From Gemmatimonadaceae bacterium (GTDB lineage: Bacteria; Gemmatimonadota; Gemmatimonadetes; Gemmatimonadales; Gemmatimonadaceae), in contig JAYUWU010000270.1 of assembly GCA_043753365.1 (NCBI GenBank), positions 1 through 58,862 of the forward strand: DNA of 58,862 nt, written 5' to 3'. Positions 22,039 through 31,079 of the stretch are shown here, in pieces. Position 1 is the stretch's first letter. Each line of letters starts with the position of its first letter. The notes beneath the pieces were generated by a model. That model searched no databases. It saw only the letters and a program-made list of their open reading frames with translations, and had not been told where the DNA came from. A program made the translations under genes and the position numbers.

Positions 22039-22310
22039 CGTGAATCAAAAGTTAACCAGAAAAGCACGGGTCCCCTGGATGGCCGCGGTTCCTCTATCGC
22101 CGCAACCCAGGCCTTCGCGCTGTATGTGTCATCGAGCCGGATGCCAGAGGACGATTGCAAGTTAGTCGCCGCCTCCGATGCCTCCGGCTCCAGGCCACCA
22201 AGCAGGAACTCGAGCGACCTCGCTTTGTTGCCCCCGCACACAGGAATCGCCTCCGGAGGCCCTGTAGTTTCGCCGCCTCCCGAGCCAGACTGCACCGATG
22301 CCGTTTTCAA
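22023..22310 (-). pseudogene. Internally deleted D-cysteine desulfhydrase/ACC deaminase-family PLP enzyme remnant
   Basis: N-terminal PLP motif GGNKARSLEFLLGG is joined almost directly to C-terminal motifs GIRLDDTYSAKA and GPVLFWLTFD. Confidence 0.7.
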
Positions 22311-22327
22311 CTCGCTAGATTGGCTGA

Positions 22328-23470
22328 ATGAGCATTTCAGGATCAGAGACTCTGCTTTACATCGATACTCAACCAGAAGCAGAGCTGTTTCTCACAGATA
22401 TCTCGGGGGTTCGCGAGATCGCAGTCGATACCGAGGGCGCAAGCTTCCACCGGTTCATCGATCGAATCTACCTCCTTCAGATATCGACACGCGACCGCAG
22501 CGCGATCGTCGACCCGCTCCCGATCGGCATGCCCGCGGGACTTGGCGCCATTCTCCAGAACCCCGATGTCGAGGTTGTGTTTCACGACGCCGACTACGAT
22601 CTGAGGCTGCTGTATCAGGACTACGGCTGGCACGTCAACCGCATCTTCGACACGCGCATTGCGGCGCAGCTTCTGGGCATCAAAGCCTTCGGGCTCGCAG
22701 CGCTGCTCGACCAGTTCTTCGAGGTCAAGCTCGACAAGAAGCACCAGCGTGCCGACTGGTCACTCAGACCACTGACCCGTGGAATGCTCGACTATGCAGC
22801 TCAGGACACACGCTACCTCCTGGACCTGCGCGACGAGCTCAGGTCGCGCCTCGAAAAACTCGGACGCCTCGCATGGGCCGAGGAGGAATTCGCTCGCCTC
22901 GAGGGAACGAAGTGGGACGATGATGATGCTTCCCTGTCGTTTCTGAGAATCAAGGGCGCTCGCGACCTTACCCGGCGTGAGCTTGCCCTGCTGCGCGAGC
23001 TCGTGCCATGGCGTGACTCCGTTGCCCGCGAAGTTGATCGCGCGACATTCCGCGTGATGGGCAACGAAGTTCTTCTCGAGATCGCCCGCACCGCACCCAG
23101 GACCGTAAAGGATCTATCGAGTCTGAAAGGAATGCCCCGTGGCATCCTCGACCGCGGCGGCTCAGCCATACTAGGCGCAGTCCAGCGGGGGCTCGAGGTA
23201 GCGGAAGAGCACCTGCCCCGCTTCCCGCGATCTGCGAAGTGGGAGCGCGAAGATGATTTCGATGCGCGCGTAGCAAAGCTCAAGTCGGTTCGCGACCAGG
23301 CCGCAACCCGGCTCAATCTTGATCCCGGAGTGCTATGCTCGCGTGAGCGGCTCGAGGCCGTTGCGCGGCGGAAGCCGGAAAAGGCAACGGATCTCGAGGA
23401 CGTACCGGGAATCCGCCGCTGGCAGATCGCCGAGATGGGCGACGATTTCGTGGCAGCGCTAAAGGGCTAG
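22328..23470 (+). CDS. rnd: Ribonuclease D
   Basis: AVDTEG, FHDADYD, DWSLRPL, YAAQDT and HRDC domain. Confidence 0.93.
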   Translation: MSISGSETLLYIDTQPEAELFLTDISGVREIAVDTEGASFHRFIDRIYLLQISTRDRSAIVDPLPIGMPAGLGAILQNPDVEVVFHDADYDLRLLYQDYGWHVNRIFDTRIAAQLLGIKAFGLAALLDQFFEVKLDKKHQRADWSLRPLTRGMLDYAAQDTRYLLDLRDELRSRLEKLGRLAWAEEEFARLEGTKWDDDDASLSFLRIKGARDLTRRELALLRELVPWRDSVAREVDRATFRVMGNEVLLEIARTAPRTVKDLSSLKGMPRGILDRGGSAILGAVQRGLEVAEEHLPRFPRSAKWEREDDFDARVAKLKSVRDQAATRLNLDPGVLCSRERLEAVARRKPEKATDLEDVPGIRRWQIAEMGDDFVAALKG

Positions 23471-23523
23471 TGTACTCGACCTGCATGGGGGCTCAGAGAG
23501 CAGGCAGCCCCTATGCCCACAAC

Positions 23524-23973
23524 TCAGAATCCCAGGTACGCCCTTACTCTTGGTTCCATTTTCTCCGGCGTCCAGAACGGCATCCACACGAGGTTCATCT
23601 CGACGTCCTCGACGCCCGGAAGGGTTTTTATCTCTTCCTGAGCGTTCCCCATTATCTCAGGGCCGGAGGGGCAACCGGGTGACGTGAGGGTCATGTCAAC
23701 CTTCACCTTGGTGCCGTCGACCTCGATCCGGTAGATGAGGCCGAGGTCTAGAATGTTGAGGTTGAGGTCGGGGTCTTTCACGCGTCGGAGTGCGAGCTTC
23801 ACTTGATCTTCGCTGACAACTCCTGCGGCTCGCGCGGGGAGTTCCTCACCGACTGCGACGCTTAATGGGACAGCCTGCTCTTCAGCGAGGCTGTCGTCGA
23901 CTACCGTGGGAGTTTCCTCGGAGCTTGCGTGCGGTGTTGACGCGGGTTCGTGCGTGTCAGGACGATCGCTCAT
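23524..23973 (-). CDS. DUF59/SufT Fe-S cluster assembly protein
   Basis: VKDPDL..NILDLGLIY, MTLTSPGCP and VWMPFWTP. Confidence 0.9.
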   Translation of the reverse strand: MSDRPDTHEPASTPHASSEETPTVVDDSLAEEQAVPLSVAVGEELPARAAGVVSEDQVKLALRRVKDPDLNLNILDLGLIYRIEVDGTKVKVDMTLTSPGCPSGPEIMGNAQEEIKTLPGVEDVEMNLVWMPFWTPEKMEPRVRAYLGF

Positions 23974-23982
23974 CCTTTAATA

Positions 23983-25446
23983 CTAGTTGCCTTTTGCGGC
24001 CCGCGAAGAGGTAGCCGCCGACTTCTTCACAGCCGACTTTTTCGCAGAAGATTTTTTCGCAGCTGCCTTCTTTGCTGATGCTTTCTTCGCAGCGGCACTT
24101 TTTGCCGACTTGGACCTTGCCGCCTTCGTGGCCCTGGCGGACTTCGCGCGGGTCGACTTCGCCGTCGCACAGCGGACGCGGGTACGGGACCTGGCCGACC
24201 GACCCTTTACCGCTTTGCTGCAACGCACAGGCTTCGGCTTCGTCCATCCGATTTCCTGGTCGGCTCGAAACGCAGCTGGCATGGCGAGCACGGGCGTTGG
24301 TCCATCCATCACGGCTAGCACGGCCGCGTCGGAGAGGTCAGAGCGGACGTCGGCGATGATCTTTGCGGGACGCTGCGCCTTTGCGGCGTGCACACGATTG
24401 GTGAGCAGAACCACGAACATCTCGCGATCCGGGTCGATCCAGATGGACGTTCCCGTGTAGCCGGTGTGTCCGTAAGCGCGCTCGGTGAGGTAGGCACCTG
24501 AGCCGTAATCGCCATCAGCCGTGTCCCAGCCAAGCGCGCGATGGCCGGCGGTACGGCGGATGAACAGGCTGACGGTCGAATCGGAAAGAATCTGAACTCC
24601 GTCGTAGCTCCCGCCGTTCAGCATCATCTGCGCGAAGATCGATAGATCTGCCGCCGTGCTGAAGAGTCCCGCGTGGCCGGCAACCCCGCCAAGCGCATAC
24701 GCGTTCTCGTCGTGGACTTCTCCGCGAAGCGGATATCCACGCGGCGGCGTCACCTCTGTCGGCGCAATCCTGTGGCGGAGGGAATCTGCAGGGCGATAAA
24801 AGGTGTTGTTCATTCCCAGCGGGCGGAAAACGCGCCGCGACAGGAACATGTCGAGTCGCTCGCCGGTCACTGCTTCCACGATCATGCCGAGCACGTCGGC
24901 GCCGAGGTCGGAGTAGATGTACCCCGCGTTGGGGCGGTTCACGAGCTGTGTCTCCAGAACCATGTCACGCGCTTCCTGCGGACTGCGCGTCCTGCGCCAG
25001 AGGTCGCGGCCGGCAGGGAGGCCCGAGCGGTGAGTAAGCAGGTCACGAACGGTGACTTTGTCCTTCAAGCCTCCCGAGAATGCGGGGAGGTAGCGGAGGA
25101 CAGGTGCGTCGAGATCGACCTTGTTCTCGTCGAACAGAAGCATGACCGCAGTCGTCGTCCCGACGACTTTGCTCAGCGACGCGACGTCGTAGATCGTGTT
25201 GTCGGCTTCGACCGAAGTGCTGGCGGGAGACCACGAAAGTCTGCCGAAACCCTTCTGCCAGACCGATGCGCCTTTGCGGCCTACAACAACCGCGGCTCCA
25301 GGGTAACCGCCAGCCTTTATGCCGCTCTGCACGACCCGGTCGATAGACTCGAGACGCGATGCGGACATACCTACGGCATCGGGTGCCTTTGACGGCAGAC
25401 CATCACCATGCGCAAGCGTGAGGGCGGTTACAATGACCTTCAGCAA
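23983..25446 (-). CDS. Serine hydrolase (class C beta-lactamase-like) with Lys/Ala-rich tail
   Basis: SLSK (SxxK), LLTHRSGL, YSDLG, GEVHDENA, GHAGLFS and GHTGYTG. Confidence 0.9.
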   Translation of the reverse strand: MLKVIVTALTLAHGDGLPSKAPDAVGMSASRLESIDRVVQSGIKAGGYPGAAVVVGRKGASVWQKGFGRLSWSPASTSVEADNTIYDVASLSKVVGTTTAVMLLFDENKVDLDAPVLRYLPAFSGGLKDKVTVRDLLTHRSGLPAGRDLWRRTRSPQEARDMVLETQLVNRPNAGYIYSDLGADVLGMIVEAVTGERLDMFLSRRVFRPLGMNNTFYRPADSLRHRIAPTEVTPPRGYPLRGEVHDENAYALGGVAGHAGLFSTAADLSIFAQMMLNGGSYDGVQILSDSTVSLFIRRTAGHRALGWDTADGDYGSGAYLTERAYGHTGYTGTSIWIDPDREMFVVLLTNRVHAAKAQRPAKIIADVRSDLSDAAVLAVMDGPTPVLAMPAAFRADQEIGWTKPKPVRCSKAVKGRSARSRTRVRCATAKSTRAKSARATKAARSKSAKSAAAKKASAKKAAAKKSSAKKSAVKKSAATSSRAAKGN

Positions 25447-25715
25447 ATCGAACTCCTTTCCAGCTTACTACTGCAACAGAACAGCCATGTTCCCGGGAAA
25501 AACGGCTGTAAGCCCACGGGGAAGTGAGCCAGCGACAACGACTTGTATGGGAGTGACGACCGGTCCCGGCGACCGTCACGGTGTCCACTATAGCACGCGC
25601 GCGCGAAATCGCCACACTTTTTTTCCTGTTTTCGCAGGCAAACCTGCGCATGCGACAACGAATGTTTGCGAGTGCAACCCCTGCTCCCGAACCGGTGACT
25701 AATTTCCCAGACGGG

Positions 25716-26288
25716 ATGCAGACCGACCAGATAACTCTTCAGCGCGCCATGAAAGGCGATGAGGCGGCGATGCGGCAGCTTTGGCTGCGCCATTCGCCGC
25801 ACATCGACGCCGTAGTCCGCCGCCTGTGCGGGGACCACGACGTCGCGGCTGATGTTGCCCAGGAGGTCTGGATCCAGATCTTCCGGGCTCTGCCTGGCTA
25901 CCGCGGTGACTCGCAGTTCGGTACCTGGGCGCATCGGATTGCCGTCAATCGTACGCTCAACGCGCTTCGGAAGATCAAGCGCCTTGCAAAGCTGGAAACT
26001 GAAATTGAGGACGACAGCGCTTTCGTCGAAGGCGACAGCGACAGGACGTTTCTCGCAGAATCGATAGATGAAGCGATGACGAAACTTTCACCCGGCGCGA
26101 GAACTGTGTTCGTGCTCCACGACATCGAGGGCTACACGCACGATGAGATAGGTAAGGAGCTGGGTATCACGTCAGGTGGGTCGAAATCGCAACTGTTCAA
26201 GGCACGCGCCAAGCTTCGCCGGCTGCTGGCGCACCTCGTAGACGAATCAACTGCCGGCACGGGAATGACACATGCAGCCTCTCTCTGA
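25716..26288 (+). CDS. ECF RNA polymerase sigma-70 factor (start approximate)
   Basis: DVAQEVW..FGTWAHRIAVN; region 4 HDIEGYTHDEIG...SKSQLFKAR. Confidence 0.93.
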   Translation: MQTDQITLQRAMKGDEAAMRQLWLRHSPHIDAVVRRLCGDHDVAADVAQEVWIQIFRALPGYRGDSQFGTWAHRIAVNRTLNALRKIKRLAKLETEIEDDSAFVEGDSDRTFLAESIDEAMTKLSPGARTVFVLHDIEGYTHDEIGKELGITSGGSKSQLFKARAKLRRLLAHLVDESTAGTGMTHAASL

Positions 26289-26904
26289 AAACGCACTTGA
26301 CGACATGGTAGCGCGCGAGCGCAGTCTCGGTGCTTCTCCCCTGACCGAATGGGGATCTCTCTCGTCGCGACTTCGCGCCGAGGGCCTGATCCGTGATCCA
26401 TTCATGTCGCGATTTACGTCGGGCCCGATGCTGAAGATCGCGGCTGGTCTCATGCTCGCTGTAGGCGGAGCTGCGATCGGGCGCGCGAGTGCCGGCGCAC
26501 CGGTTGTTCCGATGCAGCCTGCCGCTTCCGTTGCGGCCGCCGAGCCTGCTCCGGCTGTCGAGGGAACCAGCAATACGTCGTTTGCCTCGAGCTCGACTGT
26601 TCAGTTCGCGTCGCCCGAGCAGGCATGGGAGGTACTGAACCGCGCCGGCGAGGAGTACCAGCGTGCATCGGCGTATCTCTCCGAAAACAACAATGAAGTG
26701 CCGCTGCCTCCGACGACTGACCAGTACCGGACGAGGCTCGCGGCGCTCGACAACGTGATGACTGAAATGCGTGGCGCAATGAAAGAGGCGCCCGAGGATC
26801 CGGTCATCAACCAGTACTATCTCGCTACGGTTGGCGCTCGCGAAGCTACGCTCCGCCAGCTGGGAACAGTGCTCCCGGCCAGCGCGAGAATGAACAGGTT
26901 CTAG
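26272..26904 (+). CDS. Putative membrane-bound anti-sigma factor
   Basis: Overlaps the sigma gene; single TM; C-terminal helical bundle (EAPEDPVINQY). Confidence 0.75.
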   Translation: MQPLSENALDDMVARERSLGASPLTEWGSLSSRLRAEGLIRDPFMSRFTSGPMLKIAAGLMLAVGGAAIGRASAGAPVVPMQPAASVAAAEPAPAVEGTSNTSFASSSTVQFASPEQAWEVLNRAGEEYQRASAYLSENNNEVPLPPTTDQYRTRLAALDNVMTEMRGAMKEAPEDPVINQYYLATVGAREATLRQLGTVLPASARMNRF

Positions 26905-26906
26905 GG

Positions 26907-27722
26907 GTGCAGGCAATGCGGCTAATTCGCTCGATTGTAATTGGATTTGTGGTTGTCGCTTCGATTTCCCCGTCGCGAGTCAGGGCGCAGTCGAAGCCGG
27001 GCGGCTGGGTCGGCGTCGTAATCACGACCGGCATCGGCCAGGGCAACTCGACAGGTACTCTGATATTCAACGAGTATCCGACAATTGAATCGATCGATCC
27101 GGGATCACCCGCCGAGCGTGCCGGGCTTCAGACCGGTGACGTGATCATTTCGTTGAATGCGCAGGATCTGAAGAAAAATCCGATCCCGATGCAGAGCCTT
27201 CTTGTCCCGGGGAACAAGCTCGTTTTCCGTTTCATGCGGAACGATGAAACGAGAACGCTGAGCCTTACGGTCGGCGAGCGTCCTCTCGGGACTGCCGGGC
27301 ATACGAGAGTATCGATCATTGGTCCCGCGCCCCAGGGTGATGAGGCTCGCCGGCGCCGTCAGGTGGAAACGTCGACGCGTGGTGGCGGGATGCTGATGCC
27401 TGCCATCACCCTTGCGCCAGTGATTCGCGGCCCGGGTTCCCCGAGCCTCATTCTCGCTGGTGCCGAGCTCACGCAGCTCAACGATGGCCTGCGCGAAGTT
27501 CTCAAGCTCACCGGATCAGGCGTGTTCGTTGTGAACGTTGCGATGGGCACTCCCGCTGGCGAATCCGGCCTGAAGAGTGGTGACGTCATCGTGAGAGTGA
27601 ACCGGGTGGGTCTCGAGACGCCGAGCGAGCTCGCGCGCGTGATGCGATTTGCGACTGAGCCTTCGGTTCTGCTGGATATCGTGCGGAATCGCAAGCAGCA
27701 TTCGATCAGGTTGCGCTGGTAG
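26907..27722 (+). CDS. Secreted tandem PDZ-domain protein
   Basis: GSPAERAGLQTGDVI and GTPAGESGLKSGDVI. Confidence 0.88.
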   Translation: MQAMRLIRSIVIGFVVVASISPSRVRAQSKPGGWVGVVITTGIGQGNSTGTLIFNEYPTIESIDPGSPAERAGLQTGDVIISLNAQDLKKNPIPMQSLLVPGNKLVFRFMRNDETRTLSLTVGERPLGTAGHTRVSIIGPAPQGDEARRRRQVETSTRGGGMLMPAITLAPVIRGPGSPSLILAGAELTQLNDGLREVLKLTGSGVFVVNVAMGTPAGESGLKSGDVIVRVNRVGLETPSELARVMRFATEPSVLLDIVRNRKQHSIRLRW

Positions 27723-27760
27723 CTCCGGTGGCTGATGAGGGTGAGAGTTCGCAAAGGCTG

Positions 27761-27978
27761 ATTTGAAACGCGAAGAGCGCGAAGGGGCGCGAAGATACGC
27801 GAAGAACCGCTTTGCACCCGATTACAGCAGTAGTCTTTGGCGAGGCGGGCCCCTTTTTCGTGGTTTTCACAACCCCAAAAAAAGGATTCTGCTCGAAGTC
27901 AGCTTTGTGCTGCGGAGCGGCGTCGGCAAGTCCCTTCGCGTTTCTTCGCGCCCCCTTCGCGTTCTTCGCGTTTCAAAT
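27761..27978. repeat. Long palindromic element E4 (CGCGAAG arms; TTTTCA at centre, 27864-27869)
   Basis: ATTTGAAACGCGAAG...CTTCGCGTTTCAAAT termini; central hairpin CCTTTTT..TGG-TTTTCACAAC-CCCA-AAAAAAGG. Confidence 0.92.
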
Positions 27979-28007
27979 GCACTCCCAGCACCTCAACCAA
28001 AACGATG

Positions 28008-28931
28008 TCAGTCGAGCTTGCGGCTCGCCGGGACGAGAGATGCATGAATCGCGAGCGCGGCGATCGCACCATCTGACGCTGCAGCAATAGCGAGCTGCGG
28101 GCCCGGCACGATGTCGCCGGCAGCGAACACATTGAGCACCGACGTATGGTGCTTATCATCGACGACGATGTGTCCCGCTTCATCGCGCTCACACTTGAGC
28201 TGCGCGCCAAGGTCATCAGCGGGATACTGACCGATCGCGAAATACAGTCGCTGGCAGTCGAGCTGCATGCCGCCCTCGAGAGTGATGCAGCGAATTTCGC
28301 CGTCGCTCGACGTAATTGCGCTGACGACTGTGTCGATGACCGGAATGTTCAGGGCCTCGAGCTTGTCGAGATAAGCCTGCGTCATGTCAGCGGGCTCACC
28401 GTTCGAGCAGATGACGATCTCGTCGGTCCAGGTAGTCAGATTCAGCGCCATCCCTACTGCCTTTCTTCCTGCTCCGATTACGACTGTCTTGCAGTTGCGC
28501 GTTTCGTACCCGTCACAATCGGGGCAGACGTGCGCGGTCTCGCCATAACATTCGCCAAGCCCGGGGATTCTGGGCCAGATGTCGCGAATTCCTATGGCGA
28601 GGAGGACTCGCCGCGCGGCAATACGCTCGCCCTTCCCCAGCGTAAGATTGAACCGCTCGGCGTTGAGGTTCTGAACCTCGGTCACCTTGTCATCGATGAA
28701 TTCAGCGCCGAAGCGTTTGGCATCCGCGCGTGCCTGATTGCGCAGGTCGGGGGAGCGGACTCCCTGCGATCCAATGATGCCGTTGATGCCGCGAGTCTCC
28801 CAGTTGCGGGGATCGCCTGAATCGATCACGACAACTTTATGGAGATATCGCGCAAGCCAGAGTGAAGCCGACAGGCCCGCTGGGCCGCCGCCTACTATGG
28901 CTACGTCGTAAACATCTTCGTTCTCAGCCAT
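28008..28931 (-). CDS. Thioredoxin reductase-like NAD(P)/FAD oxidoreductase
   Basis: GGGPAGLSA, CPDCDGYE and VFAAGD. Confidence 0.9.
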   Translation of the reverse strand: MAENEDVYDVAIVGGGPAGLSASLWLARYLHKVVVIDSGDPRNWETRGINGIIGSQGVRSPDLRNQARADAKRFGAEFIDDKVTEVQNLNAERFNLTLGKGERIAARRVLLAIGIRDIWPRIPGLGECYGETAHVCPDCDGYETRNCKTVVIGAGRKAVGMALNLTTWTDEIVICSNGEPADMTQAYLDKLEALNIPVIDTVVSAITSSDGEIRCITLEGGMQLDCQRLYFAIGQYPADDLGAQLKCERDEAGHIVVDDKHHTSVLNVFAAGDIVPGPQLAIAAASDGAIAALAIHASLVPASRKLD

Positions 28932-28981
28932 GATGGCGCCCGGTGCAAGAAAAAGTCCCTTCGCCCGCTAATCGCCACCTA

Positions 28982-29902
28982 TTATTTCGGGCTCTGACGA
29001 CCGAGGAAACCTTCTACGATCCGGAAGAACTCCGCGGGCGCCTCCCAGAACGGCATGTGTCCGGCGTGCGGAATCAACGAGAGCTCGGAATGCTCCATGA
29101 GCTGCGCAAGCGCTCCCGGGACATCAATTCCGATGATGTCATCCTCACCATGAACCAGGAGTGTCGGCACCCGGATCTTTGAGATGTCCGCCGTCCAGTC
29201 ATACCCTTCCCGGCGAAGCGTCGCAGCCACCGCGGCACCGGTCGGACTGTTTGCCCGGGGGGAAGAGAAGATCGAGCCAAAGTCCCGGTCGGAAAACCAT
29301 GCGGGATAAAGCGCGGCGGTATACGCGGCGTGCTTTGCGATATCGTCTTCATGCAGCGCCTGCGGATCGAGAGACTCGAGCGTTACCCTTCGCTCGCCAT
29401 CGAGACGTGCAACCGCCGCGGAATGCAGTCGCGGCAGCCAATCACCGCGAGGTCCAACAGCGTCGACGAGGACCAGCTGGTTTACCGCCTCCTGATCCTG
29501 CGCAGTAGCGAGCATTGCAATGCCACCGCCCCACGAGTGTCCGAGGACGTTCCACTTTTCTATTCCGAGTGCAGAGCGAATTGCGGGTACATCACCGGCA
29601 TCGTGCTCGATGCGCGCTCTTCGCGCTCCCGGCGGTTGCTGAGACTTGCCCCGCCCGCGCTGATCGAAAAACACGAGCTGCCTGCGCTCGGCAAGCGGCG
29701 CCAGTGCCGGCCAGAGAACGTCATGGCCGAAGTGCAGTCCGCCGTTGATGCAGAGAAGGGGAAGCGCGCCTTCGATCGGCGGGCTCCTGAAAACGGCGAA
29801 CTCGAGACCGCGGGCCACCACCATTTCCTGTGACAGCGGCGGTGACTTCTTCTGGCTCCGTCGAAATGCGAGGAAACGCTCGCGGGCCGAGCCGTGCGTC
29901 AG
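28982..29902 (-). CDS. Alpha/beta hydrolase (proline iminopeptidase-like); start may be CTG 29902 or ATG 29824
   Basis: DQRGRGKS, GHSWGG nucleophile elbow and AGHMPF. Confidence 0.88.
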   Translation of the reverse strand: MTHGSARERFLAFRRSQKKSPPLSQEMVVARGLEFAVFRSPPIEGALPLLCINGGLHFGHDVLWPALAPLAERRQLVFFDQRGRGKSQQPPGARRARIEHDAGDVPAIRSALGIEKWNVLGHSWGGGIAMLATAQDQEAVNQLVLVDAVGPRGDWLPRLHSAAVARLDGERRVTLESLDPQALHEDDIAKHAAYTAALYPAWFSDRDFGSIFSSPRANSPTGAAVAATLRREGYDWTADISKIRVPTLLVHGEDDIIGIDVPGALAQLMEHSELSLIPHAGHMPFWEAPAEFFRIVEGFLGRQSPK

Positions 29903-30411
29903 GAGGCAGGGCGCCGGTTGCGGGATGACCAGTGAATCGAGCGAATCTTCCAGCCGTCACGCGTTTTGGTCAGCACCATCGATTCTGCACCGACAGAGTT
30001 GATCGCGCGGCCATTGAACTGGCCCACGGTCGTGCTGGTTCCGGCGGTCCACGCTGTGCTGCCGTCGACTATTACCGTCAGCGGGCTGCGAGTTGATTTC
30101 ACGGCTTTCGCGAACGCGATGTCGCTCGACAAGTGGTGCGAGCGATACTCGCTTCTCGTCTCGATTCCACCGCTTTCCAGAACGACGGCATCGTCAGCAA
30201 GGTTCGTGAGCGCGCGTGCGCTGTCACCCTTGGAAAGGGCGTCGTGATAGCTGTTCACGGCCGTCACCACAGCGCTCGAATCGGGATTCGGCGCGGGGAT
30301 TTCAGCGCGCGCATTGTTGCTGTACGCTAGTCCCGCAACTACTGCGATTGCAGCAGCAACGAGAGGGAGGAAAACGAATGTCGATCGGCTGGTCAGCTGG
30401 AGTGAGGTCAT
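29899..30411 (-). CDS. Secreted NTF2-like/DUF4440 protein
   Basis: ESGG..EYRSHHL..D, ESMVL and WKIRSIHWSSR. Confidence 0.82.
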   Translation of the reverse strand: MTSLQLTSRSTFVFLPLVAAAIAVVAGLAYSNNARAEIPAPNPDSSAVVTAVNSYHDALSKGDSARALTNLADDAVVLESGGIETRSEYRSHHLSSDIAFAKAVKSTRSPLTVIVDGSTAWTAGTSTTVGQFNGRAINSVGAESMVLTKTRDGWKIRSIHWSSRNRRPAS

Positions 30412-30453
30412 TTGGTCCAAGTGTCAGATTCTGAGTGGTTTACTGGCGTGCTG

Positions 30454-30648
30454 GTTGTGATGCCGCGTCCTGCGTGTCCCGTTCTGCGTGTCCCGTTCTG
30501 CGTTTCCGTTGGGACTGGTAAAGTCCACTATATCAACGAGCCACAGGCGGTCCGCGCTCAAGCTTGCTTTCAATTGGACTTTACCTGTCCAAACGATAAC
30601 GCCAAACGGAGGACGTAAAACGGGTAACGCACAACGCGGCGGTACAAC
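30454..30648. repeat. Long palindromic element E5 (7/14-nt periodic arms, inner 16-bp stem)
   Basis: Tandem CTGCGTGTCCCGTT units inverted to AACGGGTAACGCACAACGCGGC; inner GGACTGGTAAAGTCCA/TGGACTTTACCTGTCC. Confidence 0.85.
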
Positions 30649-30698
30649 TCACATACTTGATATCATGCGTAGCCCCTGTCGTCGAACCATCCCAGTCC

Positions 30699-31079
30699 CT
30701 ATTTCGGCTCAACAATCAGCTTTCCGCGAACCATGTTCATCCCGCACGCGAAGATGAACTCTCCAACCTTGTCCGGAGTGAATTCTATCGAGGTCGTCCG
30801 GAATGCAGGAAGATCCCTGGCAATACCCAAGTCACCGAAAATTACCTGCTCGGTGCATGATGCGGTCTCATCCCGGTAGAAATCGAGCTTTACCGGCACG
30901 CCCTGCTTCACGACGATGACGTCAGGAGAGTAGCCGCCTTTCACCGTCACCCTGATCTCCTGTATTCCACTGTCGGTGACAGAAGCTGCGACAGCTTCAC
31001 GCTCGCCGAAGAAATACCAGATGATGAACGCGATCAGCCCAGCGGCGCTCACGAGAACGAAAATCTCATTTGTATCCAT
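30699..31079 (-). CDS. Membrane-anchored cupredoxin-domain copper chaperone (CupA-like)
   Basis: GGYSPD, SCTE and FACGMNMVRG; N-terminal TM. Confidence 0.9.
   Translation of the reverse strand: MDTNEIFVLVSAAGLIAFIIWYFFGEREAVAASVTDSGIQEIRVTVKGGYSPDVIVVKQGVPVKLDFYRDETASCTEQVIFGDLGIARDLPAFRTTSIEFTPDKVGEFIFACGMNMVRGKLIVEPK

Noticed and set aside
21619-22923. 434-aa plus-strand ORF
   Set aside because: Arg/Pro-rich with no motifs; overlaps the thioesterase and rnd genes.
27763-28090. Short ORFs across E4 (and those across E1 and E3)
   Set aside because: Translations of palindromic repeats with low-complexity products.
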